DNA from: Trueperaceae bacterium | GTDB lineage: Bacteria; Deinococcota; Deinococci; Deinococcales; Trueperaceae | Assembly (NCBI GenBank): GCA_965214405.1 | Contig: OZ243956.1 | Location: 1,536,001-1,600,000, forward strand | Direction of reading: 5' to 3' | Length of the DNA: 64,000 nt | Shown: positions 51,264 to 61,125 of the stretch, in pieces | How the letters are laid out: each line of letters starts with the position of its first letter | Position numbering within the stretch: position 1 is the stretch's first letter | The notes under the pieces: generated by a model | Seen by the model: only the letters and a program-made list of their open reading frames with translations | What the model was told of the DNA's origin: nothing | The model's database searches: none | Made by a program: the position numbers and the translations under genes

Positions 51264-51309
51264 TTAATGAGAAAGCTCGAGCCCGCAAAGGCTCGAGCTT
51301 TCTCATTAA
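51264..51309 (-). terminator. Perfect 20-bp hairpin downstream of dps, with CTCGAG in each arm
   Basis: TTAATGAGAAAGCTCGAGCC-CGCAAA-GGCTCGAGCTTTCTCATTAA. Confidence 0.8.
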
Positions 51310-51326
51310 AACGTGTGGATATCAGA

Positions 51327-51848
51327 TTATTTCGCGTCGACGCCGCCAGCCTGTAAGTGAGACTGTAAAAAGTAGAGTTCTTTATCAACCCCGCGCGAGA
51401 TTTCAGTAAACATGTCCGCGGTCGTCGGGTCGCCCAAGCCTTCGGATTGTTCGATGGCGTCGCGGGTGCTTCTCGAGTAGGCCGCGACGCGGTCAACGAC
51501 CGCCTCTAGGTGCTCGTGGCCCGCGACCGCGTCGGTCGGGTACTCGGGCTGGTTCGAGTTGGCCGCCGCCATTCGCACCGTGCCCATCGCGTAGCCGCCC
51601 AGCGCGGTCGCACGCTCGGCGATCATGTCTGAATAGGGCTGAATGGCTTCGGCTACGTGGTCAAAAAGTTCGTGGAGCTGGAAAAAGTGAATGCCCTTGA
51701 CGTTCCAGTGCGCCTGCTTGACTTGCGTATAGAGATCGGTCGTGCTGGCAAGCTGCTGGTTGAGCAAGTGTACGAGCTTTTCACGGGTAGCTTCGTCAAA
51801 GCCGATTTGGGTATCGAACATGCGGTCTTTGGGTGCGGTCATCGCCAT
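51327..51848 (-). CDS. dps: DNA starvation/stationary phase protection protein
   Basis: KQAHWNVKG.HF..LHELFD, D.IAER, DPTTAD. Confidence 0.95.
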   Translation of the reverse strand: MAMTAPKDRMFDTQIGFDEATREKLVHLLNQQLASTTDLYTQVKQAHWNVKGIHFFQLHELFDHVAEAIQPYSDMIAERATALGGYAMGTVRMAAANSNQPEYPTDAVAGHEHLEAVVDRVAAYSRSTRDAIEQSEGLGDPTTADMFTEISRGVDKELYFLQSHLQAGGVDAK

Positions 51849-52076
51849 AGTAGAGGGTTCCTTTCCGGAATGGTCTTACTTCAAGAGATAACTTCGAGAT
51901 TATCTCGGATGTGTGACCTCAAATATAAACGGAATAGTCCCGAAAAACTGCGTGCTAATCTCCCATTTTCACCGTTTCTCGGTAGGGGTGATGACACAAG
52001 CTCTCCTTTGGATGGACTCGAGCCCTGACACCCTCACTACACCCTCTGCCACTCACTTTTGTCATACACTTGGACC

Positions 52077-53354
52077 ATGCGCGCCGCAGATTTTATCGCC
52101 CAAAAACGTGTGGGCGAAGAGCATTCTTTAGAAGATTTGAACGTGTTTGTCATGGGTTATGTCCGGGGCGAGGTGCCCGACTACCAAGCCGCCGCCTGGC
52201 TCATGGCGGTGTGCTGGCGGGGCATGAGCCCCCGCGAAACCGCCGACCTTACGCAAATTATGGCGGCGTCGGGTGACACGCTCGAGCTAAGTAGTTTCCC
52301 CCACACCGTTGACAAACACTCGACGGGCGGCGTGGGCGATAAAACGAGCCTGGTGCTCGCGCCGCTGCTCGCCTCCTGCGGCGCGACCGTCGCCAAGATG
52401 AGCGGGCGCGGGCTCGGGCACACGGGCGGCACGGTGGACAAACTAGAGAGCGTCCCCGGCTTTCGCGCGACTTTAAGCGAGCGCGAGTTTTTGGCGCAGG
52501 CTCGAGAGGTCGGCGTGGTCATAAGCGGCCAATCCAAAGACCTGGCCCCCGCCGACGGCCTCCTCTACGCCCTGCGCGACGCCACCGCCACCGTCGCCTC
52601 GCTCCCGCTCATCGCCAGTTCCATCATGAGTAAAAAGCTAGCGAGCGGCGCACAGTCCATTGTGCTGGACGTAAAAGTGGGGAGCGGCGCGTTTATGAAA
52701 ACGCCTGACGAGGCGCGCGAGCTGGCCCAAGCGATGGTCGATATCGGCGCGCGCGCCGGACGCAATACTCGAGCGCTCATCAGCAGCATGGCGGAGCCTT
52801 TGGGGTACGCGGTGGGGCACGCGCTCGAGGTGCAAGAGGCGGTGCGCTGTCTCAAGGGCGAGGGGCCGGAGGATTTAGAAACGCTCTGCATCACGCTGGC
52901 GGCGGAGGTCTTAAACGCGTCCGGGCTTAACAGAAGCCGTGAGGACGTTGCCCGAAAGCTCTCAAATGGCGAGGCGTACGCAAAGTTTGAGGCGTGGATA
53001 GCCGCGCAAGGGGGCGAGGTGGCGCGGTTGGGGGGGCTTGAGCTTGCCCCGAGACAGCATCAAATAAAAGCGTCCCGAAGCGGTTATGTGCGCGAAGTCG
53101 AAGCGCTCAAGGTCGGGGAGGCGGTCAAAATCCTGGGCGGCGGGCGCAGCAAAAAGGGTGACGCCATAGATTTAGGCGTAGGCGTGATGCTGCACACCAA
53201 AGTCGGTGACGAGGTTGAAGCGGGTGCGCCACTCGTCACGGTTTATCACAACACGCGCGGGCTGGAGGAGGCGGTGCGGCTTCTCAAAGACGCTTTCACC
53301 TTTTCAGATGAGCCGGTGGAGGTGCCTCCTCTGATTCTCGAGACCCTGGCGTGA
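52077..53354 (+). CDS. pdp: Pyrimidine-nucleoside/thymidine phosphorylase
   Basis: [48 protein letters not shown]. Confidence 0.94.
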   Translation: MRAADFIAQKRVGEEHSLEDLNVFVMGYVRGEVPDYQAAAWLMAVCWRGMSPRETADLTQIMAASGDTLELSSFPHTVDKHSTGGVGDKTSLVLAPLLASCGATVAKMSGRGLGHTGGTVDKLESVPGFRATLSEREFLAQAREVGVVISGQSKDLAPADGLLYALRDATATVASLPLIASSIMSKKLASGAQSIVLDVKVGSGAFMKTPDEARELAQAMVDIGARAGRNTRALISSMAEPLGYAVGHALEVQEAVRCLKGEGPEDLETLCITLAAEVLNASGLNRSREDVARKLSNGEAYAKFEAWIAAQGGEVARLGGLELAPRQHQIKASRSGYVREVEALKVGEAVKILGGGRSKKGDAIDLGVGVMLHTKVGDEVEAGAPLVTVYHNTRGLEEAVRLLKDAFTFSDEPVEVPPLILETLA

Positions 53355-53749
53355 GCTTTTGCTTACCTGGACATTTGTTTGAAGGAATGCTTGAGCACGC
53401 GCGCCGTGAGTTCCCGCTCGAGTGCGTCGGTCTCCTTTTTGGTCTGGATAACGGTGTTCAACGGCGCGTTCCCTTCACGAACGTCTCTACACGTCCCGGA
53501 ACACATTATTTTGCCTCCCCAGAAGAGATTTTGGCCGCGCTTCAAGAGGCAGACGAACGCGGTGAAATGCTGCTCGCGCTCTACCATTCGCACCCACACG
53601 GCCCGCCTACGCCCTCAGCAACCGACTTAAAAGACGCGCGTTATGAGGTGGTTCACCTTATTGTGGTGCCCTCGAGCGGTTCGATACGCGCGTTTGAGTT
53701 CTCGAGCGGGGGGTTTAGCGAACTCGAGCTAATTGTCTCGAGGGATTAG
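53351..53749 (+). CDS. JAMM/MPN+ (M67) metallo-isopeptidase
   Basis: ECVG...YHSHP....PS..D JAMM motif; GTGA overlap with pdp. Confidence 0.9.
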   Translation: MSFCLPGHLFEGMLEHARREFPLECVGLLFGLDNGVQRRVPFTNVSTRPGTHYFASPEEILAALQEADERGEMLLALYHSHPHGPPTPSATDLKDARYEVVHLIVVPSSGSIRAFEFSSGGFSELELIVSRD

Positions 53750-55221
53750 GGACGCTCTATAGAGAAGTCTTGACTGAAACCGGTAGCTCGAGCACTCACA
53801 TCTTGAATTGCACCGTAGTATGAGGCGCTTTCGTGAGAAAGCGTGGTGTACAGCGTCCAGTGGAGGGTGCCGTCGGCGTCGAAGGCGTTAGCCTGAAATC
53901 CTGGGGGCGTTGGCGCGGCGTGAGCAGGTTTGATGTAGCGGTGTTCGTTACCGCCGTCGGCTATGCCGGTGAGCCTGTAGACGTCTCCAGCTTCTGTGAT
54001 CAGCGTTCCCTCCACGTTGTAACTGTATTCGTTTGCGTAGGAGGCCTCGAGCGCCAAGCTCACCTTGAAGGGCTCGAGTTCGGGTAGGGTAGCAAGACGC
54101 CGCAAATCCGCAACCTTCCACACGTCAACCGTTCCGCTTGCGTTGCTTACAGCCACACGTAATCCGTCCGCGCTAAAGGCAGGAACGCTGTTACCGTCAC
54201 TACTCCCTTGACACTCGAAAGTGCCCACTAAACCGCCGTCAAGGTTCCACAAATCGAGCGTTACAGGGTTGGTTACAGGGTCGGTTGTTGCGTCTACCCT
54301 TTCGCGTTCTGTGACCAACTGCGTACCGTCTGGACTAAAGGCAAAACTTCTTGCCACCTGAATCTCTTCGGAAATAGGCAGGAGTTTGCCCGACGCTATA
54401 TCGACAAGAGAGAAGGTGGTTCTACATTCGCTAAAGGCGAGGGTTTTGCCATCGGGGCTAAAGGCCACTACATCAATGCTCGAGCAGGCGTCAGACTGCG
54501 GCCTAAACGTCTTTTCAAGCGCGCCCGTTTCTACGTTCCATAACCTCAAAGTGCTGACGTGGTGTTCTCGACCCAGAACGGTGTCCGCCACCGCCAGCGT
54601 GCCGCCATCGGGGCTAAAGGCTACAGCGTTGACTTGAGCGCTGAGCGCGTCGGCAACACCGTCCATCGTCACCTCAAAGGCGTTCAAAACCGTTTCTGTA
54701 GCCAAGTCCCAAACCTTGACCGTCATCTCCTGATAGGTACGCTCTACGGTGGCTCCCACTGCCAGGTCCTTAGAGAATGAGCGCACTTCCCCTACCGCCG
54801 TCAGCCTACGCAGGCGCTGCGTGCTCGAGGCGTCCCAAAAAGAAACGTTGGTGCCGGAGGTCGCTAACGTGTTGTCAGCGCCAAAAGCGAGAGAGTAGAC
54901 GTATTCTTTCCCAAGGGGCAGCGTTCCGGCGGGCTCGAGCGTGTCGGCGTTGTAAAGAAACACGTTGCCGGGAGCGGCCAGAGCCAAAAATTGTCCGTCC
55001 GGGCTGAAAGCGAAAGAAGACACGCTGCCAGTTACGACCTCCCCAACCGTTCCCGTCCACGCGCCGCGCAAAATGCTCGGGTCACCCTCAAAGTCAATCT
55101 CTTCGGGTGCCGGTAAGCCGGGACAAGCTGTGAGCAGCGCCGACAGAGCCACAAAGAGTGCGGCGGCGAGTGAGCGAAAGGAGTAAAGCCGACCGGATTT
55201 GCAAACGGGGTTCGAGCGCAT
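53746..55221 (-). CDS. WD40-repeat lipoprotein (start uncertain, 55221-55257)
   Basis: Lipobox LTAC; repeated AFSPDG..LA...V..WD/WN units. Confidence 0.8.
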   Translation of the reverse strand: MRSNPVCKSGRLYSFRSLAAALFVALSALLTACPGLPAPEEIDFEGDPSILRGAWTGTVGEVVTGSVSSFAFSPDGQFLALAAPGNVFLYNADTLEPAGTLPLGKEYVYSLAFGADNTLATSGTNVSFWDASSTQRLRRLTAVGEVRSFSKDLAVGATVERTYQEMTVKVWDLATETVLNAFEVTMDGVADALSAQVNAVAFSPDGGTLAVADTVLGREHHVSTLRLWNVETGALEKTFRPQSDACSSIDVVAFSPDGKTLAFSECRTTFSLVDIASGKLLPISEEIQVARSFAFSPDGTQLVTERERVDATTDPVTNPVTLDLWNLDGGLVGTFECQGSSDGNSVPAFSADGLRVAVSNASGTVDVWKVADLRRLATLPELEPFKVSLALEASYANEYSYNVEGTLITEAGDVYRLTGIADGGNEHRYIKPAHAAPTPPGFQANAFDADGTLHWTLYTTLSHESASYYGAIQDVSARATGFSQDFSIERP

Positions 55222-55346
55222 TCTCCATGCTAAACCGTAAAGCGCTCGTAAAGACATTGAAACTTTTCACACTTTTTTAATTGAACGACGCGCCCTTGTG
55301 TCTCAAATTCCTTCGGGCTACACCGGAAACCTACAGGAGGTTCTTT

Positions 55347-55973
55347 ATGAAAGTTCTGGTTATCGGGGCAACGGGTAGAACAGGAAAAGACATTGTCCGC
55401 TTTCTGGTGGGCGAGCACGAGGTGCGGGCGACGGTGCGTAAGCAAGAGGACGCGCCCGCTCTCGAGGCGCTAGGCGCGGAAACCATTCTGGCGGACCTCA
55501 CGAAAAAGGACACGCTTCTTCCCGCCTTACAAAGCTGCGACGCCGTCTTCTGCGCGGCGGGCGCGGGCATGGAGGGCGACCCGGAGGAGGTGGACAACGC
55601 GGGTACGGCTGACTTAGTCCACGCGGCTGAAGAAACAGGCGTCACGCGCTTTATTCTGATTTCTTCGATGGGTACGACTCATCCCGAAAAGATGCCGCCG
55701 ATGTTGAAGCCATACCTCAAGGCCAAACGCAAGGCGGAGGAGGTGTTAGAAGGGAGCAGCCTCGAGTACACCATCATCCGGCCCGGCGGCCTGGTCGACG
55801 ACGCAGGCACGGGCAAGGTGAGAGCGGGAACCTTTGGGGAGAGCGGGCGCGTCTCGAGGGAGGACGTGGCGCGGGTGGCGGTGGCGGCGTTGGAACTGCC
55901 CAGCACCTACGGCCAAGCCTTTGACCTTCTTTCCGGTGACACAAACGTTGAAGAGGCTTTACAAAAGCTCTAG
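55347..55973 (+). CDS. NAD(P)-binding SDR/NmrA-like oxidoreductase
   Basis: IGATGRTG, Y...K, TIIRPGGL, SREDVA; AGGAGG RBS. Confidence 0.88.
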   Translation: MKVLVIGATGRTGKDIVRFLVGEHEVRATVRKQEDAPALEALGAETILADLTKKDTLLPALQSCDAVFCAAGAGMEGDPEEVDNAGTADLVHAAEETGVTRFILISSMGTTHPEKMPPMLKPYLKAKRKAEEVLEGSSLEYTIIRPGGLVDDAGTGKVRAGTFGESGRVSREDVARVAVAALELPSTYGQAFDLLSGDTNVEEALQKL

Positions 55974-56045
55974 GCACGCTTCCGAGATTTTCTTGCGAAC
56001 ACGTCCCAAACATGAAGAGAAACATCGGCGGCGTACACTAAACGC

Positions 56046-56861
56046 ATGTTCAGCAAAGACCAACTCGACCGTTACGCGCGCCACATCATCCTGCCGGGGG
56101 TCGGGGCGGCGGGGCAGCGGAAGCTTCTTAACGCGCGCGTTCTGGTGATCGGCGCGGGCGGCCTGGGTTCGCCCGTGCTCCTCTATCTCGCCGCCGCCGG
56201 GGTCGGGACGCTCGGGGTGGCGGATTTTGACAGCGTGGATGTGAGCAATCTGCAGCGGCAGGTGCTGTATGGCGTCTCCGACTTAGGCATCCTCAAAACA
56301 GACGCGGCGGCGGCGCGGTTGGGCGACCTCAACCCGGAGGTGAGGGTGAGGCAGCACGGCAGGCTGACATCTAAGAACGCGCTCGAGACCATAACCAACT
56401 ACGACCTCGTCATCGACGGCAGCGACAGCCTCCCCACCCGCTACTTGGTCAACGACGCTTGCGTGATGGCGGACAAACCGCTGCTCTACGGCGCGATGGC
56501 GCAGTTTGAAGGCCAGGTGAGCCTTTTTCATGCGCCCCTCAAAGGTGAACACGGCCCTTGCTACCGCTGCCTCTTTCCCAAGCCGCCTCTACCCGGCAGC
56601 GTCCCCACCTGCGCCGAGGCAGGCGTGTTCGGCGCGTTGCCGGGGGTCATCGGCAGTCTCATGGCGGTCGAGGCGGTTAAATATCTCGTGGGTTTGGGCG
56701 AAAGTCTTAGCGGACGCCTGCTGCACTACGACGCGCTCTGGAGCGAGTTCCGGGAGGTCAAGCTCGAGCGCAACCCCGACTGCGCCGTCTGCGGCGGCGC
56801 GCCCAGCATCCACACGCTTACGGATTACGAGAGTTTTTGTGGGCTCGAGCCCACAACCTAA
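56046..56861 (+). CDS. moeB: MoeB/ThiF-family E1-like adenylyltransferase
   Basis: RYARH, GAGGLG, SNLQRQ, CYRC, TCAEAGV, CAVC, DY..FCG; no rhodanese domain. Confidence 0.85.
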   Translation: MFSKDQLDRYARHIILPGVGAAGQRKLLNARVLVIGAGGLGSPVLLYLAAAGVGTLGVADFDSVDVSNLQRQVLYGVSDLGILKTDAAAARLGDLNPEVRVRQHGRLTSKNALETITNYDLVIDGSDSLPTRYLVNDACVMADKPLLYGAMAQFEGQVSLFHAPLKGEHGPCYRCLFPKPPLPGSVPTCAEAGVFGALPGVIGSLMAVEAVKYLVGLGESLSGRLLHYDALWSEFREVKLERNPDCAVCGGAPSIHTLTDYESFCGLEPTT

Positions 56862-56897
56862 AATTTACCGTCTAAAATTCACAGCCTAAAGCTCGAG

Positions 56898-57527
56898 CTA
56901 ACCCCGCTGCGCCTTGGTGACCGCCTTGGTGACGGCCCTGGCAACCGCCGCCACATAGACGAAACTCGAGCCCGCATCCAAAAGCGCAAGACTGCATTCG
57001 GTGGTGGTCGCGCCGCTCGTCACCACGTCGTCCACGAGCAACACGCGCGCGCCTCTACACGGTGAGGCTGAAAACGCATCGGAGACGTTCTCGCCCCGCT
57101 CGCCCGCTGAAAGGCGCGCCTGCTGCCCCGTTACGCGCGTCCGCTTCAAGAGCGGCTTATAGGGTCGTCCCAAACACCGCGCGGTTTCCCTGGCGACGAG
57201 TTCGGCCTGGTTGTAACCGCGCTCGAGCCTGCGCGAGGCGTGAAGCGGCACCGCGCAGACCACGTGAACTCGCCAACCCTCGAGCGTCACCGCCTCCGCT
57301 AATCGCGTCCCAAAAAGTTTGGCAAGGCGGGTGGTGTGGTGAAACTTGAGGGCGCGCACGGCCCGCTCGAGCCCGCCCCCATACGCGCCGAGTGCGAGGG
57401 TGGTGCCGCTGACCGTCGGCTCGAAAAGCTCCTGGCTACAAACTGCGCAGCACCCCAGCGCCGACGAGGGCCGCGTGCGGCAGACCGGGCAGCGGGAGAG
57501 GCCGTAGAAGAACTCGTGGAGATGCAC
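56898..57527 (-). CDS. comF: ComF-family phosphoribosyltransferase-like competence protein
   Basis: N-terminal CxxC/CxxC, VPLH..R..ERGYNQ, LVDDV.TSGAT. Confidence 0.88.
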   Translation of the reverse strand: MHLHEFFYGLSRCPVCRTRPSSALGCCAVCSQELFEPTVSGTTLALGAYGGGLERAVRALKFHHTTRLAKLFGTRLAEAVTLEGWRVHVVCAVPLHASRRLERGYNQAELVARETARCLGRPYKPLLKRTRVTGQQARLSAGERGENVSDAFSASPCRGARVLLVDDVVTSGATTTECSLALLDAGSSFVYVAAVARAVTKAVTKAQRG

Positions 57528-57568
57528 GCGCCATTTTATGACGGCGCTTTTCGCTACCGACGTGAAAA

Positions 57569-58573
57569 TTACAGCTTGCGGTTAGCTAGGGACTCGAGCA
57601 ACCCCGTTAACTCGTCCACCTCGCGCTTGCCTGGTAGGTCCTGCAACACCTCGTGCAACAGGGTCTGACCCTCGGCGGCGCTACGCTCCGCCACCTCCTG
57701 CGCGTAGAAAAGCGAGCCGTGGCGGGTAATGGCGGCGAGGATTTTTTGAACGTCCACCTCGGTTTTCTCGCCTCTGGGTTTGACAAGAAGCGTCTCCAGC
57801 TCCTCTTTATCCTCCGCGTGCGCGAACAGGTGCGCCAAAACGAGCGTCCGTTTGGCCTCGTAAAGGTCGCCCGCGAACTCTTTGCCGTAAGAAACCTCGG
57901 GAGAGAGGTTCAAGACGTCGTCCCGAATCTGAAACGCGATGCCAAGCTTTTTCCCCGCCTCGGTCAGCCGCGCGTCGGGCGTGGTCTCGGCGCAGAGCGC
58001 GCCAAAACGCAAGGGGCAGACGACCGTGTAATAGGCGGTTTTGAGGGTGACCATCTCGAGATACTCCGCCTCGGACACGTTAAAGCGCCCCACACTAATC
58101 CAGGAAAGGTCTAAATGCTGGCCCTCGGCAGTGCGCTGAATCATCCAAGCAAACTCTCTAAGAATCTCCTTCCACACGTTTGCAGGCCGCTCCATCTCGT
58201 GCAGCTTTTGCCACATGTACACGTGCAGCGCGTCACCGACGTTGAGCGCCACGGGCATCCCCACTTGCTTGTGGAGCGCGGGCGCGCCCCGCCGCTCTTC
58301 CGAATTGTCCTCGATGTCGTCGTGGATTAGGACCCAGTTTTGGAAGAGTTCCAAGGCCGCCGCCACCTCGAGCCCCCGCCGCCAGTCCGCCCCGTGTGCC
58401 CCCGTGGACAGGAGGACGAGGAGGCCGCGCAGCCCCTTACCGCCGCGCTCGGGGTAGTCGCGGATGAGACGGTAAAAAGTGTTAAGCACAGGCTTTTCGT
58501 GCGTCTGCGGGAGCCCCGCACGGATGGCGTCGTCAAGCGCCGCGCGCATGGTGGTAAGAGATGTCTGAGTCAC
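57569..58573 (-). CDS. Polyprenyl diphosphate synthase (GGPP synthase-like)
   Basis: GGK.LR, LIHDDIED.S.ERRG, GQ.LD, KTA.Y, FQIRDD. Confidence 0.9.
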   Translation of the reverse strand: MTQTSLTTMRAALDDAIRAGLPQTHEKPVLNTFYRLIRDYPERGGKGLRGLLVLLSTGAHGADWRRGLEVAAALELFQNWVLIHDDIEDNSEERRGAPALHKQVGMPVALNVGDALHVYMWQKLHEMERPANVWKEILREFAWMIQRTAEGQHLDLSWISVGRFNVSEAEYLEMVTLKTAYYTVVCPLRFGALCAETTPDARLTEAGKKLGIAFQIRDDVLNLSPEVSYGKEFAGDLYEAKRTLVLAHLFAHAEDKEELETLLVKPRGEKTEVDVQKILAAITRHGSLFYAQEVAERSAAEGQTLLHEVLQDLPGKREVDELTGLLESLANRKL

Positions 58574-58579
58574 CGGACG

Positions 58580-59338
58580 CTACTGACCGTTGAGCCCCGG
58601 CACGAATTCAGATAAGTCGGCGAAGTAGCGGGTGTGGGTCATGTCTAAGTACAGGGGCGTCACGGCGGCGTAACCCTGCACCACCGCGGTGTAATCGGTG
58701 TCGGGCTCCTCGTCGGCGGTGGGCGTGCCCGCCACCCAGTAGTAGGGCACGCCGCCGGGGTCCTCGCGCGTGACGATGGCGTCCTGGTAGACGTGCGTGG
58801 ATTGTTTGGCTAAGCGCACGCCCTTGGGTTCGCCCACCGGAAAGTTGACGTTGAGGAGCGTGCGCGCTGGGAGCCCATGCTTGGCGACCTCGGGCACAAG
58901 GCGCGCCGCGTAGGCCGCGGCGTGGGAAAAGTCGAGGTCGCCCTCGCCCGTGCGGAGCGAAAAGGCAATCGACGGCACGCCCAGCGTGGTGCCCTCCATC
59001 GCCGCCGCGACCGTGCCCGAGTGGGTCACGTCGAAGCCTAAGTTTGAGCCCACGTTGATGCCCGAGACGATCACGTCGGGCTTGCCGCTGTTGTGGACGC
59101 CCAAGACCACGCAGTCGGCGGGGGTGCCGTCCACGCGGTAGGCCTCGAGCCCGTCCAACCCCCGGACGTTCGTGCGCTTGTAGCGCAGCGGACGGCGAAC
59201 CGTAATCGCGTGGCCCGAGGCCGACTGTTCAACGTCGGGCGCGACGACAGTCACGTCGGCCACCTCGCGCAGCGCCGCGGCTAACGCCTGGATGCCGGGG
59301 GAAAAGATGCCGTCGTCGTTGGAAACGAGAATTTTCAC
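58580..59338 (-). CDS. surE: 5'/3'-nucleotidase SurE
   Basis: ILVSNDDG, GTPADCV, SGIN.G.N, SGTVAAAMEG; GTG start 7 nt after TATACT. Confidence 0.94.
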   Translation of the reverse strand: MKILVSNDDGIFSPGIQALAAALREVADVTVVAPDVEQSASGHAITVRRPLRYKRTNVRGLDGLEAYRVDGTPADCVVLGVHNSGKPDVIVSGINVGSNLGFDVTHSGTVAAAMEGTTLGVPSIAFSLRTGEGDLDFSHAAAYAARLVPEVAKHGLPARTLLNVNFPVGEPKGVRLAKQSTHVYQDAIVTREDPGGVPYYWVAGTPTADEEPDTDYTAVVQGYAAVTPLYLDMTHTRYFADLSEFVPGLNGQ

Positions 59339-59372
59339 GTTCTGGAGTATACCGTGCGGCTTTGTAAAAACC

Positions 59373-60083
59373 TTACCCCTCGAGCCCCTCACCAAGCACC
59401 ACCGTCAGACCCGCCCACCGCTCCCGCAGGGTTCCCGCCAAGGCCCGCAGCCCCCACAGCTCACTCCGCCTGTGGCCCACCTCGAGCACGCTCAGCCCCG
59501 TCTCCTCTACCGCCTTCTCTGCGCTTTTGCGGTACTGGCCCGTGATGTAAACCCCCGCGCCGCGTTCCGAAGCCTCACGGATGAGGCCGGGGTTCATCGC
59601 GCCGACGACCGCCACGCGCGTCACATCGGTCGAGAGGCCAAGATGAGCACTCTCGAGCCCTCCAAAGATTTCCTCTACCTCTTCACGGATGTTTTCAGCA
59701 CTCTTCCTACTCACGTCGCCAATCATGCCAATACGCCGCGCTTCTTTAACGCCCAAAACTTCAAGTTCACGCATCCCCAACACCTCACCCAAGCGCGGGT
59801 TGAAGCTCAGCGTCAGGTGGTCGTCAAAGGGCAGGTGATAAGCGAGCACGCCCACACCGTCGGGTAACGTTTTAGGCTCGAGCCGCCAAGGCCGGTGCAA
59901 AAAGAGCGCGTTCAGACGTTCGTGTTCCGCCCAGACCTGGAGATTTTTGGGGGGCTCGAGCGCCATCCCTAGCCGCCTAATCTCTCGCTCTGAAGGGAGA
60001 TAAACCCCGGCTTGTTCATCCTCGTAAACGTTTACAGTGAGGGCGTGGTCAAGAAAAGCGGTGAGGTCGCGCAGGGTAGGCAT
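59373..60083 (-). CDS. Nif3-like dinuclear metal-centre protein
   Basis: FLHRP, YHLPFD, YITG and GH..SE motifs. Confidence 0.8.
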   Translation of the reverse strand: MPTLRDLTAFLDHALTVNVYEDEQAGVYLPSEREIRRLGMALEPPKNLQVWAEHERLNALFLHRPWRLEPKTLPDGVGVLAYHLPFDDHLTLSFNPRLGEVLGMRELEVLGVKEARRIGMIGDVSRKSAENIREEVEEIFGGLESAHLGLSTDVTRVAVVGAMNPGLIREASERGAGVYITGQYRKSAEKAVEETGLSVLEVGHRRSELWGLRALAGTLRERWAGLTVVLGEGLEG

Positions 60084-60140
60084 AAAAGAACCTACTCCCT
60101 AGACGCGCAGGGGTCCGTAAGAACGGCGGTGTTTAGAGGC

Positions 60141-60836
60141 TTAAAGTCCTCCCTCGGCCATCTCGGTAAGCGCGGGCGCGTTGAGTTTGTAGGAGCCGCG
60201 GGTGCCCTCGAGCAGCCCCTCGTCGCGGAGTTCGGCCATCGCCATCGAGACTGAAACGCGGGTGGCGGTAATCATCGAGGCCAGCTCTTCGTGCTTGAGT
60301 TCGGTTTGTAAGGAGACCCAGGCGTCATCCCCAGGTTGGCCGAAGCGACGGGAAAGCTCGAGCAGCGCCTTGACCAGCCGCACCTTGACGGGCGCGTAGG
60401 AGGTCGAGAGCTGTTCGCGGCAGTGAAAAAGGTGGCCCGCCAAGATTTCAGCGAAGGTGAGCGCGAAGGTCGGCGCCTGCGTCGCCATCTGCACGAACTG
60501 CCCGCGGCTTACGGGGCAGGTGATGACCTTGGTGAGCGCCACCGCGTCAACCCGGTAGCGCGAGGCTTCTTCTAAAAAGGCCTCACCGATAAAGTCGCTC
60601 GGGCCGCACACGGCCAAAATGCGCTCGCTGCCGGAGGGGGTGGGCGTGACGAGCTTGATTTGGCCCTGCACGATGACGTGCAAGTCGGTCGCGGGGTCGC
60701 CCGCGTGAAACACCGCGCTCCCCTTGGGGTAACGGCGGTCGGGGCAGACGCGGCGAAACACCGCCATGTCCTCTTCGCTCACGCGTCCTGCGAAGTCGGT
60801 GTTTTTGACAAACCAGGGTTTAGCGATGTCGTTCAT
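60141..60836 (-). CDS. Crp/Fnr-family transcriptional regulator
   Basis: cNMP-binding domain (F.GE...R) and C-terminal HTH (HEELASMI.ATRVSVS). Confidence 0.9.
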   Translation of the reverse strand: MNDIAKPWFVKNTDFAGRVSEEDMAVFRRVCPDRRYPKGSAVFHAGDPATDLHVIVQGQIKLVTPTPSGSERILAVCGPSDFIGEAFLEEASRYRVDAVALTKVITCPVSRGQFVQMATQAPTFALTFAEILAGHLFHCREQLSTSYAPVKVRLVKALLELSRRFGQPGDDAWVSLQTELKHEELASMITATRVSVSMAMAELRDEGLLEGTRGSYKLNAPALTEMAEGGL

Positions 60837-60996
60837 GAGCCTCCGTCACCTTGCCCCCCGCATTTACGTGGCGTTTCCTCAGGCGTTTAGAAAAGTTTAC
60901 CCTTACCAAAACCTGAGCGGGGCGGGGAGGATTACGCTTTAGCGTAAGCGCGCCCGTCCCTTCTGAAGCGTCAAAGGCTTGACGGACGCTATGTTC

Positions 60997-61034
60997 GCTG
61001 ACGGGCTACCTTGGAGCTGACGGGCTACCTTGGA
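60997..61034. repeat. Exact 19-bp tandem duplication
   Basis: GCTGACGGGCTACCTTGGA x2. Confidence 0.9.
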
Positions 61035-61125
61035 ATGGTGGAGGAACGATGGGCCAAATCGCTGTGTTCACCGCCTCTTTTCGGTTACGTTTAAGGGTGA
61101 CCCGTTGTCGCCCACGGACGAACCG

